Shown piece by piece: positions 1 through 10,800 of a stretch of 64,000 bases of DNA (within the stretch, counting starts at the first letter, position 1; the number at the start of each line of letters is the position of its first letter). The DNA is from Fistulifera solaris (lineage: Eukaryota): positions 124,001 to 188,000 of the forward strand of contig AP026135.1 in assembly GCA_030295235.1 (NCBI GenBank), given 5' to 3'. A model generated the notes under the pieces. The model had not been told where the DNA came from, made no database searches, and worked only from the letters and a program-made list of their open reading frames with translations. The translations under genes and the position numbers were made by a program.

Positions 1-2
1 TG

Positions 3-392
3 GCGTGTTCATCAGCACCATTATTATTTCAACTATCTCGACGAGTGGGAAGGATGAGTTCTCTGCATTCTCTGCGATCGGTTACAAAACGATCGTTCGG
101 CACTGACGACGATATTGACAAAAGACTATTTACCGAAGAAATTAAAATTAAAATGCCCGACATGGGAGAAGGAGAAGGTAAGATTTTGACGTGGTACAAA
201 GAAGAAGGAGACTTAGTGAAGCGAGGGGACGTTCTTTGTGACATTGAGACGGCAGATTTTACGTTCGGGATGGAGACGGATGACGAGCAATTGGGGATTA
301 TGGGATCCATTTTAGTACCAGCGCCTTCAGAAATGATAGCGAATGGAAAGACTATTTGCATCGTTTTGCACAAACCGAATCATCGCGATTGA
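3..392 (+). CDS. Stand-alone biotin/lipoyl-attachment-like domain protein, probably mitochondrial (5' end may lie before the window)
   Basis: The frame is open from position 3 to TGA at 390-392. An Arg/Ser-rich leader (LRSVTKRSFG) precedes IKMPDMGEGEGKILTWYKEEGDLVKRGDVLCDIETADF..GSILV, which fits the E2 lipoyl-domain pattern. No E3-binding or catalytic domain follows. Confidence 0.8.
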   Translation, partial: ACSSAPLLFQLSRRVGRMSSLHSLRSVTKRSFGTDDDIDKRLFTEEIKIKMPDMGEGEGKILTWYKEEGDLVKRGDVLCDIETADFTFGMETDDEQLGIMGSILVPAPSEMIANGKTICIVLHKPNHRD

Positions 393-528
393 TCGATAGG
401 TAGAATGGACGTTACGCTTGCAAGCAATACAGTTGATTGAATGAAATTCTAGTGATCAAATTATCGGGATTGTTAATTCAAATTTCTAAGAAAAATTAGT
501 CGGCTCATTAAGCACACAGAGAATTATT

Positions 529-2428
529 TTAACAGCTGGGAGCGTTCATGACAGGATCTTGCGGATGATACACAACGTTTTGTTCCGCCGCACTGATTTT
601 CTTCGTCGGCATACTGGTGACTGGTTCATCCTGTCCGTCATTGAGCATTTCTTCACGACGCATCAGACAATAACGCTTTTCGTGGCATCCATACGCGTGG
701 GGCGTCAGTTCAATCACATTGTTCAATGGAATGCTCACATAGGGAGCCTCTTTGCGATCCAAACCCATAAAGTAGGCGTACAAAATGCGCAATATACCTT
801 GATGACCGACAATTAGAACGGGTTCTCTGGTTCGTTCCATCTCCTGTGCTAGGGGCTCGAGTCGCAACGTTACGTCCATGTACGATTCACCACGAGGATA
901 TCGGTAAGTGAGCTTGTCTTCCTGGCGACGATTGAATTCTTCCGGATACACTTGTTCAATGTCTTTGTAGGTCATACCATCACAGACACCGGCATACAAT
1001 TCGTCCAGATTACGACGCGCCATGGGTCGGAATTGAACCCATTCACCCGTATCTCCATTGTCCCATTTGTACTTGAATTTCGAATGATCGATGAATTGCG
1101 TTGTTTCTTTCGTACGTCGTAACGTGCTGGTCCACAATCGACAGGGTTGCTGTACTTCGCTTTCTTCGCCCGTGTTCGGATCTACCACTTTTCTGACACC
1201 AATATGATCTTTGGCAAAGTCCGCCAACCGGCGCGCATATTCTTTCCCTGCCGGAGTCAGACCCGAATCACCTCCAATCTTTCCCAGCAGATTGTATTCG
1301 GATTGGCCGTGGCGTGTCAAGTAAAATGTCCTTGTTTGAGTGTGCAGATTCATAATGAAATGCACTACTTTCAAAGGCAAATATCCCCGAATATTGTTGA
1401 CTGTGCCCAATTCAAGAACAGAAGATTGCTATGAGAGCATTCGAGTTGGAAAAGACAAGAATCTTTACTTCAACGTACCGATGAAGCGTTTACTGTTGAT
1501 AATTTTAATGTGCGGTCCTTCATTTTCCTCCAATGTCTCGTAGACCGACATGTAATGGTCCCGACGGCGTTTAAAATCAGCAACCGCAGCTTCGGGTTCT
1601 AAATCACGATAGTCGGGTGTATTGAGCTTGACGCGACGAATGTTCTCCTCCAGTAGCTTTGAAGACAAGAAAAGAAAAGGATAACGTGTAAGTGCGATCA
1701 AGTAAAACACACACACACACACACACCTCTCTCTCTATCTCTCTTTCCTTGATACTTACTTGTTCATTGTCACAGAGACTCTCGAGAAAGATGATTTTGG
1801 CACCAATTCCACTCGATTTAAGGGACTGCATGAGATATTCCCGACGCTCCCGTGTTCCGTTGGTCGCATCAAAGGCGGCCACACGTACGCCTTCCTGTTT
1901 CATGTAGGCAATCAAATCATCCAAGGCGGCATTACACGCTTTGATACGCGATGTCGAACCTTCTTCATTGGTGGGATCGTAGAACGAAGCGGGCATGGTG
2001 GCTCCGAAGAGTTGACGACGATAATCGCCCGCATTGAATATTTGCGAAGGAATGTCGTGGAAGAAGGAAAGGAAGCGGCAAATGCGCTTCGCAATGTGTG
2101 TTTTGCCTTTATGAATAGCAAAATAATCAATAAAATGAGAAGCAAAGGGCGTAACAAGCAGAGAAATAGAGATACAGCTGCCGGAGATACATGCATTCTG
2201 TCGCATTTTTGTACGTTCTTACTTACCCGTCGCCGGCAATCCTACCATAATAATAATCAGCTTATCACTGGCCGTCGTACCGATGACTTCCAAAGGCGTG
2301 GCATTCTCTCCTTCCGGCAAACGATGTGGCATGGGATTGTCAATTCGAACGGCGGGAGGAAGCTCTTCGTTGGGACGCACATCTTGCACAGCCGAAGACG
2401 CCGGGACGGCGGACATGGGCATTTGCAT
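529..2428 (-). CDS. PFKFB: Bifunctional 6-phosphofructo-2-kinase/fructose-2,6-bisphosphatase
   Basis: Four exons (2428-2227, 2106-1760, 1656-1479, 1400-529) with GT-AG introns at 2226-2107, 1759-1657 and 1478-1401. Splicing rebuilds the Walker A motif MVGLPATGKT. Also present: FDATN, FLESLC, phosphatase LTRHGQS, YRYPRGESY and VGHQG. Confidence 0.95.
1707..1745. repeat. (AC)n followed by (CT)n microsatellite inside PFKFB intron 2
   Basis: Read directly: acacacacacacacacacac then ctctctctctatctctct. Confidence 0.9.
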
Positions 2429-2989
2429 ATTCAAAAGGAGAGTATGGGAAACGGAGAATGCCGAAACTAAACTCAGATACACCTTTAAGATTCACTGAAA
2501 TCGACTATAGCAATGAACGACAACTCTCTGTATGTTTTGTTTTTGTTTTGTTGCTTCGGTTTTTCCTCTTCAACAACTCAACAACGGCACCTGCCAACTT
2601 GCGCGAAACGTGGCGCGTCAGTTCGGATGGGACAATGGAAGCATTCGATGACGCTTTGCACTTAATGTGACAGAAGATGAGGATATTCTTGTTGTTCCAT
2701 ACTACTTGCATACAACGGTTTTTGTTGTTTACTGGAACAATTGTCAGTCCACTGTAAAAACTAAAGTGCAGGGGTGTGTGACTTCGTGAATCCAGAAAAT
2801 TTCAGTCCCCCAAAGCAGCGACCTTGCGCCACAAAATTACAGCACAGTAGGACACCAAATCGTGTCTAGTTAGTTGTTTCCAACCCGACAAAAAACAAAA
2901 CATTCCCCAAAATAACACCGTGATTGAAAAGAAGCAAGTGCGTTGAACGTATGCATCGATATATAGCTCGGAAAGAACATGCTAGGATG

Positions 2990-4274
2990 CTACCTTCCTT
3001 CGTTACAAGGAACACAAAAAGGACCTTGGATTGTCGCCGACATGTCCGGATCCCGTGGATCCAGACACGGGGTCAAATGAAACATATTCGTCACATTGGC
3101 TTTTCTTGGAAGCGCGTGACGCCAAGCACACAAATCTCGCTGCAATGCTGATTTTTAAACATGTGCGGGGCGCGAATCAGATTGACCACGGACCATTGGG
3201 ACAAATCTTGATCAAACCGTTTCGCTTCTTGAAACATACTACTCATATCATGCACCAAAGATACCCCCATTCGCCGATACTCGAATTGAAGTGATGCGCA
3301 TGTCGAAACATGGAATGCATCGTGCGGACTTTGGCGACATCCCACGTGGATACATTCCCGTTGAATTTTGTGGCCGAAAAGAACATGTGTTGCGTGTTGG
3401 TAACCTTCGAGGTCTTCCACGCCGACAAATCCTGATCGAATGCGTACGCTTGGGAAAATGCCAAGGACATGCGAGTCACGCGTTCCGTATTCCATGCGGA
3501 AATGTTTTGTTGAAACACCAAGGCACCGGCAAACATGCGATCCATGGTCGTGAGTGCCGAAGTATCCCAATCTGCGATGGAACCATTGAAACGGTGAGCG
3601 CCTTGGAAGAGACTGGACATGTCGGTGACACGCGATGTATTCCAGGACGACAAGTTCTGATCAAAGACTTGGGCCCCTTGAAACATTTTGCGCATCGTGG
3701 TGGCGTGACTGACATCCCACGAAGACAGATCAGCATTGAAGGACCGGGCATTGGGATTGCGGTCGACCGAGAACAGTGCAGTGAAATTGGTGACGGCCGA
3801 TACGTTCCATTTCCCAATCGGCCAGCCGTACACTTGAGAGACGGTATGAGACGGATGACCTCGCACCAAATATTCATCTACGGCCGCTTGCAGTTCTTCC
3901 GTAGAAGTGAACGGGTGAAATGAGGTTTTCTGGGTTTGTGATGACCGATCGAGTGGGCTTGTACCGGGTGCGGCTGCGTCACGTGGTGTTAGCGAAGTAT
4001 GTTCTATAGAAACAGAGTTGCCACCGTAATAGTTTTGCATCATGCCAAATAAATGAGCCTGGAAATACCACGACAAGTATATACCGAACAAACTTCCTAA
4101 AATCTGACCCAGTAGCTCCGCTCTTCTGATTATTTGTTTCTTTTTTTCCGTTTCGCCGTTGACGACGGTTCGAAGATGTTGTAACTGAGCCTTCCACGCT
4201 CGGATCTGCAATTGCTGCACGCGACGCACCAAGTCATCTTCTGTGGATTGTTGTGTTTGAATGTTTCCTCGCAT
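2990..4274 (-). CDS. DUF285/BspA-type surface repeat protein with N-terminal TM helix (frameshifted near the 3' end)
   Basis: About 8 tandem ~25-aa repeats WxxSxVTxMxxMFxxAxxFNxxLSxW. TM segment LLGQILGSLFGIYLSWYF. Frame changes at about 3266 and 3150-3100 lead to a C-terminus ANVTNMFHLTPCLDPRDP..GPFCVPC ending at TAG 2992-2990. Confidence 0.85.
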
Positions 4275-4409
4275 GTCATTTAGGAATACAACTAAACTAG
4301 TCCGTAATAATTAGACGCAAGACAACTTTTATTTCTCGGCGCCATGGTTTTGCGTTCGACAACAGCTTTACATCATACGGGTAAAAAGATGACCCAAATA
4401 CTGTACACA

Positions 4410-4642
4410 GGACGGAGAAATTCAGTCTGTATAAAAACGATCAAGAGATTTTCTGTGAACGAAAAGACATAGGTTTTCTGTGCCCCTGTAAGACAGATCA
4501 CACAGAATTTCCGTATATCTCAAAATTGTAGTTACCAAATTCTCTGTGGATGCAAGACACAATCACACAGAATGTCTGTGTGTCTATAAAATATTGTCAA
4601 CCACATGACGCAGAAAATCAGTGTGCCTCAGAATGCTGAAGT
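4410..4642. repeat. Array of about 8 degenerate palindromes, consensus approximately CACAGA-N3-TCTGTG
   Basis: Copies start near 4412, 4441, 4467, 4498, 4534, 4563, 4608 and 4627. The best copy is cacacagaatgtctgtgtg at 4565-4583. Confidence 0.7.
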
Positions 4643-4969
4643 TGTCTTAAAATGATGTTATTTAGAAGCCATTGGAGTTCAGAACTGCTTCCATTGAATG
4701 CTGTCGATGACCTTGGCACTGTTTCTTGTTGCAACCTTGCAGCTAACGGGGGCCACTACCTGCAAGAAAGGAGGAAAGGTATACGTTGAAATGAGAACTC
4801 GTGATTGACCATCCCATGACTCGTTGAAGTTGTGACTTTTTCTGCGCCAGCTCTCGTCCCATTGACAATTTGCTTTGGATGTCCCACCCGTAACTTTCGT
4901 CTTTTGAACGTGATATCTCTATCTTCACGAGTCTTTCTACGTATTGAATTGAAAGAAAGAAGCAATATC

Positions 4970-7900
4970 ATGTGGAATTTAACGGATTTGGCGAAACGAG
5001 CCCAAGAATTGCAAGAACAAGCCAATTTGGCGGCTTCGACGTTTTCGGTGGTAAGTCACTTTGGGTGAGCCGTTTTTCTTTCTTTCTTATGCCATTCGTT
5101 CCGCGAAAAGAGCACTGAATAAAGCAGGTTCATCTCACGGATCCTTTCCTTCTACAAACACACCATTATCACGATTCTTTTTTGAAAATACTTGCATTCT
5201 GCAGACGTCTGGATTTTCATTGAATTTAGATGCCATGCAGCAGCAACAACAACAACAGCACAGGGAAACCACAGTCGCTTCATCCGCAACACCCTTCGAA
5301 CCCGAAACACCACCGATTCAACCGGTCGTTTCCAGTCAAACGGTGCAAAATGGGACACAAACACCACCAATAGCCAATGGGAAATTGTCGATGCCTCCTC
5401 CTCGTAAGGACGACAAAACAATAACAACGACGGATGCGGCGGAACACACAATAGACGCTTCTGTCACTCTAGCAGCACGTGAACTTAATCTTACAGGTGA
5501 CTTAGATGTCCCCACTATATCAGCATCCGAAAGCATGGAGGATGCTGTTGCAAATACCGTACAAAGTGAGATGGACAAGGAAGAGAAACAGGATATCGAA
5601 ATACCGATCGCAACATCCAAGAATTTGGATGAAGGTGGAGACGACATAAAACCGATTGAGCCACATCCGGAGTATGCCAAAGTTACAACGTTGCCAGCAG
5701 AGAAATCCAGTCTGCCAGTCACTCTAGAAAACTCACCGCCAATGGCGTCCAGCGATTTATCAGTTGCAGAAGCCAAGAAGCAATCACTGGTTCTGTTGGT
5801 ATCGTCTTCCGATCCAACGTTTGAAACTGCTCAAATTGCGACCGAGGCACTATTACAATCCCGAAGTATTTCCTACGAAACGATTGATATTGCAGACAAA
5901 GAAGCGAAAATGATGATTGATGATTTGTTGTCCGTGTCAGGGATTTTGAAAGAATTTCCTCAGTTTTTCCTAGTCGATTTAATGACGGGGGAGGCGACTT
6001 TTGGGGCAACTACAGTCGATTTCAGAAAAAAATGGAAGATAATCTGCTTGAAAAGGATTTGTTTCGAAATCTACTGAACGAGGTTGCCGAGTATTCTCCT
6101 GAGAATGGCAATGCAACGATTAGCGCGTCAAAAGCAATAGAAAGGTTGTCGTCGTCAGAAGATGCCATGCCAAATGGATCACCAGAAAGCTTACTCGAAC
6201 AATTCACTCTCCAACTAAAACGACTTGAAGAGAATCATCAAGCAGAAATGTTAGAAATAGAACGACGTCACGCACAAGAAATAGAATTGATCAGATCCTC
6301 TATGAACCACGAGGATTGCGAGTTGACCCGGATGCAATTAGAAGAACGATTAATGGCGCAAGTTAGGGAGAAAGAGAACGCTTGCATGATGTAATGAAGA
6401 GTAATGAGGGCTATCAATTGAAGCTGGATGTTTTAAAGCGAGAAGTGGAAGGTACGCAGGCGTTACTGGAAGCAAAGAAAGCAGATATGGGGAAGTTCAG
6501 TGAAGAAAATTTGAAACATTTACGTTTATGGGAGAAGAAGGTAAACGAAGCTGAGGCTGAAATTGCGAAAGCGAAGGAGCACAGCAAGATGCTGGAGATT
6601 TCACTGGAAGATTCCAAGAAGGAGTTGTCAGTTTCCCTCGAAGAAAACGAAAAGTCACGCGGAAGGCTAAAAGAATTGGCGAGTGAATTGAAAGCCCGTA
6701 GAGCAGAATGTAGGCAGCTTCAAACCAATATCGATGATTTATCCAACGATAAAAGCGCTTTGATCTTGAAAGTTGAAAGCCTTGAATTTCAACTCTCGGA
6801 CCGGGATAGAAGCGGATCGGAAAGGTATGAAGAAATCGAAAAACTGCGCGCAGAATTGTCCGTGGCGACAGCGGAAGTAGATAAATTGCAGAAGATCTTG
6901 AACGACAAAGACGCTGACAACGAGAGAGTACTTGCTGAGTACAAGAGAAAAACTCAAAGTGCTCTTGCCATGGCTAATTCAAGAACGGCTTCTGCAATTC
7001 AATCTAAAGAAGAAGCAGAGTTGGAAGCGCGAGCCGCGCGAAGTACAGCTGATTCCGCAATGGAGCGTGTTGTTCAAGCGGAGTTATCGTGTAAAGCTAC
7101 CGTTATCGAGGCTCAGGCAACAGTGAAAGCCATGGTACTTGAAAGGGACGTGGCTTTGAAAAAGCACGAAGAGTCTGTCGCTTTTCTTGAAGCAAAGAAT
7201 GCGAGAATCGAGCAACTGCAAATTGAGCTTGTAGAGGCACATGCTTCTTTGAAAGGAAAAGAGGATGAACTTGCAAAATTATCATCAGACCTGTCAAGCG
7301 AAAGGACGACATCTTTGTCTTACCAAAACGACCTTGTAGACTCGAATGCACGTATAAGTCTACTACGCGAAGAAGTAAAAAATCTGCGCGAAAAACTACG
7401 ACACGCCGAAGATGCAGCTCCTACACAAGCGGAGCAACCTGACGATAAGAAGACTATGTCACACAATGACGCTCAATTGAGCAAAAAAGCGATCGATAGC
7501 AGCGCTGTTTCAATTTTACAGCAAGAACTACGCGAAGCCAATCAGGTAATAGATGAGTTGAAAGAAGCGTTGCAGAACGCTGTAGATATGAACGACAAAA
7601 CCAGGATGAATCAAGTTGAGGAAACAATTACGATTACTAACAACGAATTCGACGTCGGTCATAGAAAAATCTACGACAATAATGGCTCTATCCCTCTTTT
7701 CTATGCAGTCGAAAAGCAAGCTGAGCTAAATGTAGCTCGAAATGAAATCACACGCTTAGCTAATCTCCTCTCTAATGCACAGGCACAGAAGATGGAAGCT
7801 CTTGATAACGTCGAAGAGATGCGTAGGAAGATGGAAGATGCCGAAGCGCGGCTAAAGCGCCATGAAAAGCTCCGCCGATCTTCAAGGCGCGAAAGCACCG

Positions 7901-8163
7901 GTGATGCAGCTGACGGAAGCATGCCTTCTCTTGAAGACAGCGGTGCTGTGAATATTGAATACTTGAAGAACATCATGCTCCGGTATCTCAATTCGACTTC
8001 GCTCTCGGAGAAGAGAGCACTGGTACCTGTTGTTGGAGCAGTGCTTTGTCTTACTAAGGAAGAACAACAAAAAGCAATAGCTAGTCTCGAAGAGAGTGTT
8101 TCCATAGGGGGAGTGGGTAGCACTCTTTTCGAAACATTTAGTGGAAAACTCATTTCAAAATAG
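4970..8163 (+). CDS. GRIP-domain coiled-coil golgin with an internal SH3BGR/glutaredoxin-like domain
   Basis: Exon 1 is 4970-5050 (MWNLTDLAKRAQELQEQA), followed by intron 5051-5204. Frameshifts at about 6000 and 6380 join ORFs 5061, 6032 and 6382. A long heptad region ends in the GRIP motif NIEYLKNIMLRYL..LVPVVGAVLCLTKEE. Confidence 0.88.
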
Positions 8164-8276
8164 ATCATAATAATTTTGTTTACTGGCTTTGGTCCTTATA
8201 AACTCTAGAGAATAGTCTTACTGAAAGTGGGCAATTCGAACATACAAATGAATTAAAATAATAAACATCAATTTTC

Positions 8277-10037
8277 TCAGTATTCACAAGTCGACCCATG
8301 AATACGAGACCAGATTTTGTCAAAGAACATCTTTCTCCACCCAGGCTCGAGTCTCGGTAATTTTCCTTTTTCTTCCTTTAAAGCAAGAAGTTGGTCTTTG
8401 ATCTGCGGAGGACACTTTCGACACTTGAGAAGATGAGCGTGAATATTCTGCGACGTCGAATTAGTCGCGAGACTCTTGGCTGTAATAGGGAAGTACTTTC
8501 CCAACCCGGCATGGCCGTTACAATGGCGGCACTGAAATCCTGGGTATCCTACAGGTCCTTTGGACCTAGCAACAAAGCGGTCGGCTTCCGTGAAGTGGCA
8601 ACCTTCGACTTGGCGCATCAAAAAATAAACATACGGAGGAACCATCTCAATGTCTTCAGGATAAACAATATATTCTCCATCCTGAATCGATTTACCCCCA
8701 TCCTTACCGACGATATTTCTTTGGTGGTCAGCCGGTCGAGTTTCCCCACTAGACATACAGGACGACTGAGGAAACACCGACATGTGTTGCTGGTCAAGAG
8801 AAAAGCAAGCAGGATCACGTGCAAAGCGGACACCTTCCGGCGTTTCTACCAAACCAAGAGCCTTGGCAGAATCTGCCCAATAATGTCGGGAACTAGGACT
8901 CCATGAGTTCTCCGTTTGAAATTCTTTCAGTTTTGTCTTTACGTCGTCTGGAATCTCGCAGCATTGGTCGACGTGGAAATAGTGCCAACGTTGGACACAG
9001 TCAAAGATGTCTGCTAGAGTCGCAGGGTAAGTAACCGCAGTTTTTACTTCCGGTTGAGTTTTGCAGAAACGACAGCGAATGCCGACCTGATATGTGGCAA
9101 GGCGTCCGGATTTGGATACATCATGGCTAACTTCCTCTGTAGCCGAGGCAACCGCAAAGGCTTCAACACATCGTTCCCGGATGAAGCAACACAAAGGACT
9201 AAGCCAATCCGCATCACGATCTTTCATGGCAAGTGAAAGACTTCCTTGAAACCAGTGTCCAACCACCGGTAAAGATTGATGCCCGGGAGATTGGGGCGAA
9301 ACGAATGAATTTCTCATGACCGGATGTTGGATTCGTTGATCCGAGTAAGGAGACATGGGTGAATTCCAAGGCCCCGCAGTTTTGCGGGCTTCGTGCGCTA
9401 ACCGGGCCCGACAACCTTGCTCATGGGCACAGGCTGCTTGAAACGTTGGAAACGCGGCCACGTTACAAAAGTCACAAACCCACGGACTAGGTGAGGGAGG
9501 AATTGAAGGATATCTTTGGAACGAATGAAACGGAGGGTGGTGATTTCGGTTCAAAAGCCACGGCGCTGGCAGAGGAGGACTTCTCATTGGCGTGGACATT
9601 GGTGGGAACGCCGGCGGCATTGCGGGAGGTGGTCCTACGCGTGGAGGAAACGAGTATCTCCGCGGCCCCATTCGATCTCGAATGTTGGGTGCGAATGTGA
9701 CCCGACGACTCAAGGGTGAACGCACCTCGGGTGACAAGGGGGCACTCTCGTTTTTGGGCGACCGCGCTTCCCATGAAAAGATACTGCCTCCATCCACACT
9801 CTCAGTTTCTCGACTCATGGTGTGAACAATGTTTGTTTTTTCTCGTTCTTCCAAAGAGCCCTCAAACTTTGTCCCGGCCAGAGAAGCGAGAGCAAATGCG
9901 GATGCCAACTCACTCGCACCGACCACTGCAACATCGTCGTTTGGCGTCTTTTGTACCTTGTTCGGGGGCATTGTTATTGTTTCATCGTCCTCATCTCGTT
10001 CCTTACGTTTTTCAACGCGAAAAGGTAATACATTCAT
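8277..10037 (-). CDS. Diatom-type Cys/His-rich (putative Zn-binding) regulatory protein
   Basis: Single long ORF with a Pro/Ser-rich N-half. It carries a WVCDFC..HEQGC finger and two related domains: QVGIRCRFC..H..QC..YWADSAKALGL and GFQCRHC..HLLKCRKCP. Confidence 0.75.
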   Translation of the reverse strand: MNVLPFRVEKRKERDEDDETITMPPNKVQKTPNDDVAVVGASELASAFALASLAGTKFEGSLEEREKTNIVHTMSRETESVDGGSIFSWEARSPKNESAPLSPEVRSPLSRRVTFAPNIRDRMGPRRYSFPPRVGPPPAMPPAFPPMSTPMRSPPLPAPWLLNRNHHPPFHSFQRYPSIPPSPSPWVCDFCNVAAFPTFQAACAHEQGCRARLAHEARKTAGPWNSPMSPYSDQRIQHPVMRNSFVSPQSPGHQSLPVVGHWFQGSLSLAMKDRDADWLSPLCCFIRERCVEAFAVASATEEVSHDVSKSGRLATYQVGIRCRFCKTQPEVKTAVTYPATLADIFDCVQRWHYFHVDQCCEIPDDVKTKLKEFQTENSWSPSSRHYWADSAKALGLVETPEGVRFARDPACFSLDQQHMSVFPQSSCMSSGETRPADHQRNIVGKDGGKSIQDGEYIVYPEDIEMVPPYVYFLMRQVEGCHFTEADRFVARSKGPVGYPGFQCRHCNGHAGLGKYFPITAKSLATNSTSQNIHAHLLKCRKCPPQIKDQLLALKEEKGKLPRLEPGWRKMFFDKIWSRIHGSTCEY

Positions 10038-10800
10038 GATCAACTGTTGCGCAACAGCCAAGCTTCAAGAAAGTAGAAAAGGGAGTGATACGAAATGTTG
10101 CAAGCGCGACACAACCTGTGGGAAGAAAAACCCTTGCATCGTCCAATGGATCCGTTGCTGGCTCTAAGTAACCCAAGTTTTCAACTGATGACAGGTAGAA
10201 CGGCTTTGGTGCTAGATAACGGTGAAATTTTTGCGAGAGTATGCGTTGATGGTTTCCATTCAAAGAAACGGTGCGCCGAATTTTGTGCAACAACAGTAAA
10301 TGAGGAAAATGTCGTCCCCCCACTTGGAGTTGGGCGCGCAAAACAAGTTTTGGATCACGACGATGATTTCGAATACTTAACGAATTCGAAAGATTTCGCG
10401 GATTTATCAGTCCCGATAGTAAGCGAAGGCACTAAGGCGTTAAGCGTTATTGAAACGTTACCAAGCAGCCGTTGCTCCGCAGTTGTTGAGCATGCAAGTC
10501 TCAGTGCCAGAATTACGTCATGCTTAGGAATGAGTGAATACGCATCCGGGACTGACAGAACCCGCCTTTTTTCTAGCGGACTTGCCTCGCTTTTTCCTCG
10601 TCCCGCCAGTCCGTCCGTCGTAAGAACAAGGCTTGTTTTTTTTGTTACCGCCGTGAAAGTGAAACTGGGTGCACCAAAGCAGTTTATAACAATACCCATT
10701 ACTTGTACAGTTCATTGTTTGTTGGACCGTATTCACATTCACACCGCAAAGCAAGAATTCCTATCGGATTGTATAAAAAAAGAACAAAAAAGTGGCAACA

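Noticed and set aside
3150..3800. ~75-bp periodicity as a CRISPR-like array
   Set aside because: It is the coding repeat of the DUF285 protein, conserved at amino-acid level only. There are no identical DNA repeats and no cas genes.
4410..4642. Canonical heat-shock elements
   Set aside because: The GAA and TTC halves are mostly 1 nt apart rather than the nGAAnnTTCn spacing.
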